A DNA stretch of 64,000 bases from Chrysomallon squamiferum (taxonomy: Eukaryota; Animalia; Mollusca): the NCBI GenBank assembly GCA_012295275.1, contig CM022677.1, positions 22,258,001-22,322,000 on the forward strand, written 5' to 3'. Positions within the stretch are counted from its first letter, which is position 1, and each line of letters starts with the position of its first letter. The translations under genes were made by a program, and so were the position numbers. This document shows, piece by piece, positions 57,630 through 64,000 of the stretch. The notes below the pieces were generated by a model. That model saw nothing but the letters and a program-made list of their open reading frames with translations, made no database searches and had not been told where the DNA came from.

Positions 57630-57631
<2 letters not shown>
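53479..57631. repeat. Three near-identical ~1.43 kb tandem units separated by (TAA)n
   Basis: Units start at ~53479, 54903 and 56336. Each contains a minus-strand exon-like segment. Confidence 0.95.
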
Positions 57632-57663
<32 letters not shown>

Positions 57664-57735
57664 GAAGAAGAAGAAGAAAAATAATAATTAAAATATTATC
57701 ACTAACTGATGTTTTCTGCATCTCTCTCTCTCTCG

Positions 57736-57808
<73 letters not shown>

Positions 57809-57941
57809 TCTCTCTCTCTCTCTCTCTCTCAAAATTATAAATTAAAATAAATAAATATGTTTTTATACTTTTACACACAAACACACACACACAGAGCACA
57901 CATTCACGCATCCGCATACACACACATGGGTAGATCGATAT

Positions 57942-57975
<34 letters not shown>

Positions 57976-58040
57976 TGTGTATGTGTGTCTCTTCCTGTGT
58001 CTATATGTGTGTATGTGTGTGTGTATGTGTGTGTGTGTGT

Positions 58041-58147
<107 letters not shown>

Positions 58148-58516
58148 GAGAGAGAATAATTACAGAACGAGAATGTAAAGTTATGCACATCGCGGACGAA
58201 GATAAACTTGAATACTGAACTGGAGATATAAATAGACTGTACAAATGAAAAAACGGAACACAAAAAGAAAGCATGATTCTTAATCACGTGCAGATAATAA
58301 TAATAATAATATTGTTTGTTTTTTGTTGTTGTTTTTGTTGAGATCTACGCATTATATAACTTCAGTTCGTTAGAAATGAATGAATGAATAATATTAGCTT
58401 GTAAATTCAGTACATTCTAAGGATATATATTTTATTAGCTTATTAAATAAAACATGCTTCTGTGTCTGTCTTTATTATTATTATTATTGTTGTTGTTACT
58501 GATGTTGCTGTTGCTG

Positions 58517-58579
<63 letters not shown>

Positions 58580-58931
58580 CATCATCATCATTATTATTAT
58601 TATTATATCTGTTAAATGTAAAACTGATTTGTGCGTATGAAGGTGATTGATACAGTTCAGATTTTTCAGATTGATGACGTTATTTTTAGCACTGCAAACC
58701 TCAAAGGTCCGTCCTTAAACTGGTTAGGAGTACAGTATTACCGTGACTTAGGAGTTTCATTCGTTACGTGGCCGAGCACGGAACTCAATTTGTTTGTATA
58801 TCAAATCAGTTTTCCCAAATTAAATTAATTCAAATACCATTAATACGTTCCAGCCCCCTCCCCTAAAAAAATAAAAAATAAAAAAAATAAATAAACCACC
58901 CCAATTTTTTAATAAGAAAAATGTATGTATA

Positions 58932-59170
58932 AATGACAGAGGTCCGCAGCGTAGAAATTATTTTAACTCCTTTCTCTGGTTATAGCCTGTATCGACTCCT
59001 TCTGCTTCAGTGTCATACATATCGTAGAAGTACTATGTTAACACTGGCTAGCTTAATCGATTACAGGCACACCTAGCTCGTTTTTCCATGAATTCATGCT
59101 TTAATTCAATGGACATCATCCACTTATTCTTCTCAGCAATTTCCTTTGCACTCATTTTCTTAGGATCCAT
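58932..59170 (-). mobile_element. Degenerate Tigger/pogo (TIGD1-like) transposase N-terminal fragment
   Basis: Reads MDPKKMSAKEIAEKNKWMMSIELKHEFMEK / GVPVID*ASQC*HSTSTICMTLKQKESIQAIT / KGVKIISTLRTSV. This resembles the CENP-B-type N-terminal HTH of Tigger transposases, with stops and frameshifts. Recognised from memory, not searched. Confidence 0.75.
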
Positions 59171-59460
59171 GGTCATGGATCTATGGAAATTTGGAAGAAA
59201 ACCTGCAGAAAATGCGAGCACAACACAACAGAGATTCTTCCACGGCCAGGAAAGCATGTGAAGCAAACGAGTGAGACGCGGGATGCTGGGCGGATGTTGT
59301 GTTGTTTGTTGCGCCAACTAGCGATGTCGTATCTGAAGCTTGCTCGTAAGGTGGAGCACTCGTAAGTCGAGCTTCCACAAACTTGAAAGTTAAAACGAAC
59401 ATTATGATAAATAAAAAAATAAATAAATAATAAGGTTCTTAAAAGACAACAACAATAACA

Positions 59461-59510
<50 letters not shown>

Positions 59511-59529
59511 CAACAACAACAACAACAAC

Positions 59530-59581
<52 letters not shown>

Positions 59582-60376
59582 GTAATAGTAATAGTAATAA
59601 TAATAATGAAATTTCTTGTATGTATGTTCCGGCCCTGTCTCACACCAACTTGAACGTGCAGAATAAAGAAAAGCCGAAACAAGATTTCTAACACTCGCAT
59701 TTGAAACCCGCATCTATAGATATCCCATGAGGTATCCAGTTTCATATCTAACGTAAATTCAAAATACAATAAACATTTTACGTGTTTACTCATCTGTAAC
59801 TTTCCCTTTCTTTATTTAAAATCATTTAGTTATTTATTTATATTTATAAACATTTTAGATTACTTAATATCAATTTCAGTCTAATATCGAGTGTGTGCGT
59901 GTGTGTATGTTTGTGTGAGTGTGTGTGTGTTGTGTGATTGTGTGTAAAAGTGAATTGTACTGTAAATTTACTTTTGTATGCTTACGTCACAGAACATATG
60001 AAAAATAAATAAATAATTAAATAAATAATAAAACAAAGCAAAACAAAACAAAACAATATCATTTTCTTCATCATAATAAAAACACTGAATCTTCAGTTCC
60101 GGCCCTGTCACCCTCCTCTATGACTGTAGTGAATCAGTCCCTTGCTCCAACTAACTTGTCATACACAATAGAGAAAAGCCGATACAAGTCTCTAACACCT
60201 GCAATTATAGATCTCTAGTGAGGTATCCAGTTTCATATCTAGTCGCTTTTTGAAATATCAGTTACTATTTCTCCATTTGTGTAGGTATGAATGAGAGAGG
60301 GGGTCAAAGAACATACTTCATATCCCTGAACAGAACATTTTGTACAAGGTTTAACGCAATAATAATAATAATAATG

Positions 60377-60449
<73 letters not shown>

Positions 60450-62531
60450 ACTTTTTTTCTGTATCAATATTTTATTAGCATTTTATTGTATGTTTGTGTG
60501 AGTGACAAGATTATTTTTCACTGAGATACACAAACATTTTGCTTCATTTTTTTTGCATCTTTTTCGTCTCTATTCACTGCGTAAACTAATTTGAAATTTG
60601 TTCAAGTAACGTTTTATTTGTTTACTGAAGGGGAAATCACTACGCTGAGACCATGAAGCTGTTTTAGGTCACAGAAACAGACGCACACACGCACACATAC
60701 ACACAGAAAGAAACATAAACTATTCAGTTTTTGAAAAACAATGTCAACATTATTCACTGAACAGTAGTAGCAGGAAACAAAGAAAGTTATCTTTTTTAAG
60801 CAAAATACCTTAGTACACGATGTTTGTTCAGTTCAGGGTGAACTGCTTTCGTATGTACATGCGTCTGTTTGCCTGTCTGTTTCCAGGTGGGGTATGATTA
60901 ATATAATCTATAATAATAATAATAGTAGTAGTAATCATAATAATAATAATAATAATAATAATAATATAAATTAAAGTTAAAAATAAATAAATAAACATAA
61001 ATAAGTATAATTCAAAACACACGATAATAATGATAACAGATCACTATTACTATTTAAAAACGACAAATTTTAGCAATGTTAAAAGAAAAACATTTCAGAA
61101 TATCTAGTATTAAAATTGTAATCGTTATAAATACATTTTTAAAGAAAAGTGTCACGACTCACAGATTTCATTCACTCTACGGTCCGCCCTGGGATTATTT
61201 AAGAAAAGAAAAAAAGAAAGGAAAAACAAGGAAAAACAGAGAGTAATACAAATAGTTTGACAATAAGAACTGTTTGAAGCTTCCGTCGAATGCGCAGTAG
61301 AAATGTGCTACAAAGATAAATAAATTGCAATGCGGTCCATTATGTACCACCCAGATACTTTTCTGAGTCCCAGCTGGTAATTGACACTGATGTGAAATGT
61401 TTCTTTCCCCTGAGAAAAGAAAACAGTCAGTTGTCAAAAAATAAATCTTGTGTAAACTTAACAATGAACTGAAGCGTACCGAATTTAACACTGGGTACAG
61501 AGAAAATACTTGGTTTAATCATTTAATGTATCTCATCGGTGGGGTGGGGGGGCGTGCGCATATGGGAGAGTGGATTCAACAAATTACAATAAAAAGGAAT
61601 ACTTTTATTTTCAACACGTGGAAAACTTAATGATTTTTCTTTTAAAAGTTATAGATAAAATATGTTTTAGTATATAAAATAACACTATATTCTTCCGCGA
61701 ACAAAATTACAGAATACACAAAGAAAAAAAGAAAACATTAAATAAATAAATAAATTAAAATGAGAACAAACTTAAATCATTTACCTTCTGAAGTTACAGT
61801 AACACCTTGATCACGTGATTTGGTAAGTCCGAGGTGCGAACATAAAACACAATGCCTGCCCCAGAGTAGTTTGTTTAATTAGTTTTACTTGTTTGTTACA
61901 AGCACATGCACCTATGGTTGAGTGTGTGTGTGTGTGTGTGTGTCTGTCTGTGTGTGTGTGTGTGTTACAGTAACGTCTTGAAGCTTAATTAATTATTCAC
62001 AATTATGTAGTCATACAGTAGGGGAAATAACTCTGCAATATGATACTTCAGACATTCTACAAAACAAATTATCTCCCTTCATCTAATACATTTAAATACA
62101 GTAAACAGGTGAGTAGGAGAGAAAAATACACTAAAAGTAAAATGATGTTGATTTCTTAAAACGAAACGAATTAAATCCCTGTATATCCAGTGTGTGTGTA
62201 CACTGTTAACAAAACTGAGTTATTCCAAACTGTATATCAGAAAAATAAAGTAGGAAAAATTAACATAAACAGTAGTAGTAGTAGTTGTAGTAGTAGTAGC
62301 AGTTATTGTTGTTGTAGTACAAGACGTTCAATTTCAACTACATTTGTATGATAGAAGTAGTTAAATAAGATGCAGTAGCAGATTCAGTAGTAAGGCAGAT
62401 ATTTTACTTCTAAAAATAAATCTTGTGTAAACTTAACAATGATCTGAAGCTTATCGAATGCTACACTGAGTAGAGAGAAAAGACTTGGTTTGATCATTTA
62501 ATGTGTCTTAAAATACTTGAAATAGTATTTA

Positions 62532-62582
<51 letters not shown>

Positions 62583-63097
62583 CATAATCATAATAATAAT
62601 AATCATTATATTCAACATCATCATCATAATCTTCATCATCAAGGAATACATAAATAAAAATAACATTCTATTTACTCAGGGACAATTTCACTGTTTACTC
62701 GTGGGAAGGTTTTATCAAATCACAGATGTGTTATATTAATTCAGATGATGAAAAAAGTGGACTGCTCATACAAATATTGCTACTACTACTTTTACTACTA
62801 CTACTACTACTAACTACAATAATAATGATAATATTTATTGTTTATTGCCATTCATTTCTACAAATCTCAGTTGCCACCCTCCTCTGTGATTATTGTGAAT
62901 CAGTCCTTTTTCTCAAACTCACTCCAACGTGCACAATAAAGAAAAGATGAAACCTGATCTCTATCACTTACATGTGTATATCTGTATATAAATATATAGA
63001 CAGATAGATAAATAGATAGATTGAGATATGTATGTATGCCTGTATATCTATCTATATCTATCTATCTATCAATCTATATATATCTAATATATATAAA

Positions 63098-63153
<56 letters not shown>

Positions 63154-63804
63154 TATATATATGTATGTATGTATATATATATATTCAGACAGAGAGACAA
63201 TTATTTGGATAGTATGAGAGACAGAGAGACAAAGAGACGGACAGATAGACACACTGATAGAGATAAACAGACAGATACACACACATATATATATAGAGAG
63301 AGACAAGCAGATAGTCATAGAGACAGAAATAGACAGACGAATTTACTGACAGAGCAGGTAGGAAAATCTTATTTATAAAAAGATACGTTTGAAATCAGAA
63401 AATGTATTTCTTTTCTTTTAAACGAAACGTTCATAGACAGTATTCACAGATAAATCCAAATTTCTTGTAGAAAACCTTATCATTCCAAAGAAAATAAGAA
63501 AATGTGTGAGGTAGTTCGAAGCAGTCATCGTTATATTTTAAAACGATACAAATAAAACAACCATTTTACATGTATCACCATCTTGTATTTTAAGAAAAGG
63601 ATATTCATACAAAAAACAGATTTGAAATAGCCGAGAATACTTGTATATCATCTTTGAGTTTAAGACAACAGATATAAACCGACTTTATATTGTTTCCCAA
63701 ATCTGTTTAGATAATCATCTAATATTTTAAGAATATAAACAAACCGAATTTAAAACTACTTTTCAAGACGATAGATTTCAATCCATATTGGAAAATAATA
63801 ATAC

Positions 63805-63835
<31 letters not shown>

Positions 63836-64000
63836 CATAGTGATGTAAAATAATAATAATACATATTTAAAACCCTGGTCTAAATCATAATCCGCCAATT
63901 AAGATATATAAACATGAGAGGGAATGTCTGTGAGTGTTTGTGTGTGTGTGCGTGTCAGACAGACATTAATGCAGTATTATAATTAACATCATTGTTTTTT

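Overview
This is an AT-rich, microsatellite-laden animal genomic window. The gene content suggests an invertebrate, probably a mollusc (inference). Nearly all ORF-track entries are microsatellite artefacts, and the real genes only appear once introns are spliced out. The main finding is that the 'repetitive' first 27 kb is the 3' part of a hidden micro-exon gene. It has 27 symmetric phase-1 exons of 15-45 nt (mostly 27 nt), followed by a transmembrane exon and an FDNPAF-tail exon. Spliced, it encodes a type I membrane protein with a long Arg/Lys/Gly-rich ectodomain built from an 18-residue amphipathic repeat (antimicrobial-peptide-like, with repeated G-K-R sites), then an acidic Tyr-rich segment. 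Downstream is an immune-like cluster: RING + NHL-type propeller (TRIM-like, no B-box) genes in one intact, one frameshifted and two decayed copies; a 109-aa secreted Cys-rich + EGF protein; and an EPN/WND C-type lectin with tandem IRF-like motifs upstream. The window also holds an orphan copy of the tail exon, a hAT-like MITE, a Tigger/pogo transposase relic, minisatellites and local tandem duplications. All gene models were read by eye and are unconfirmed by transcript data.
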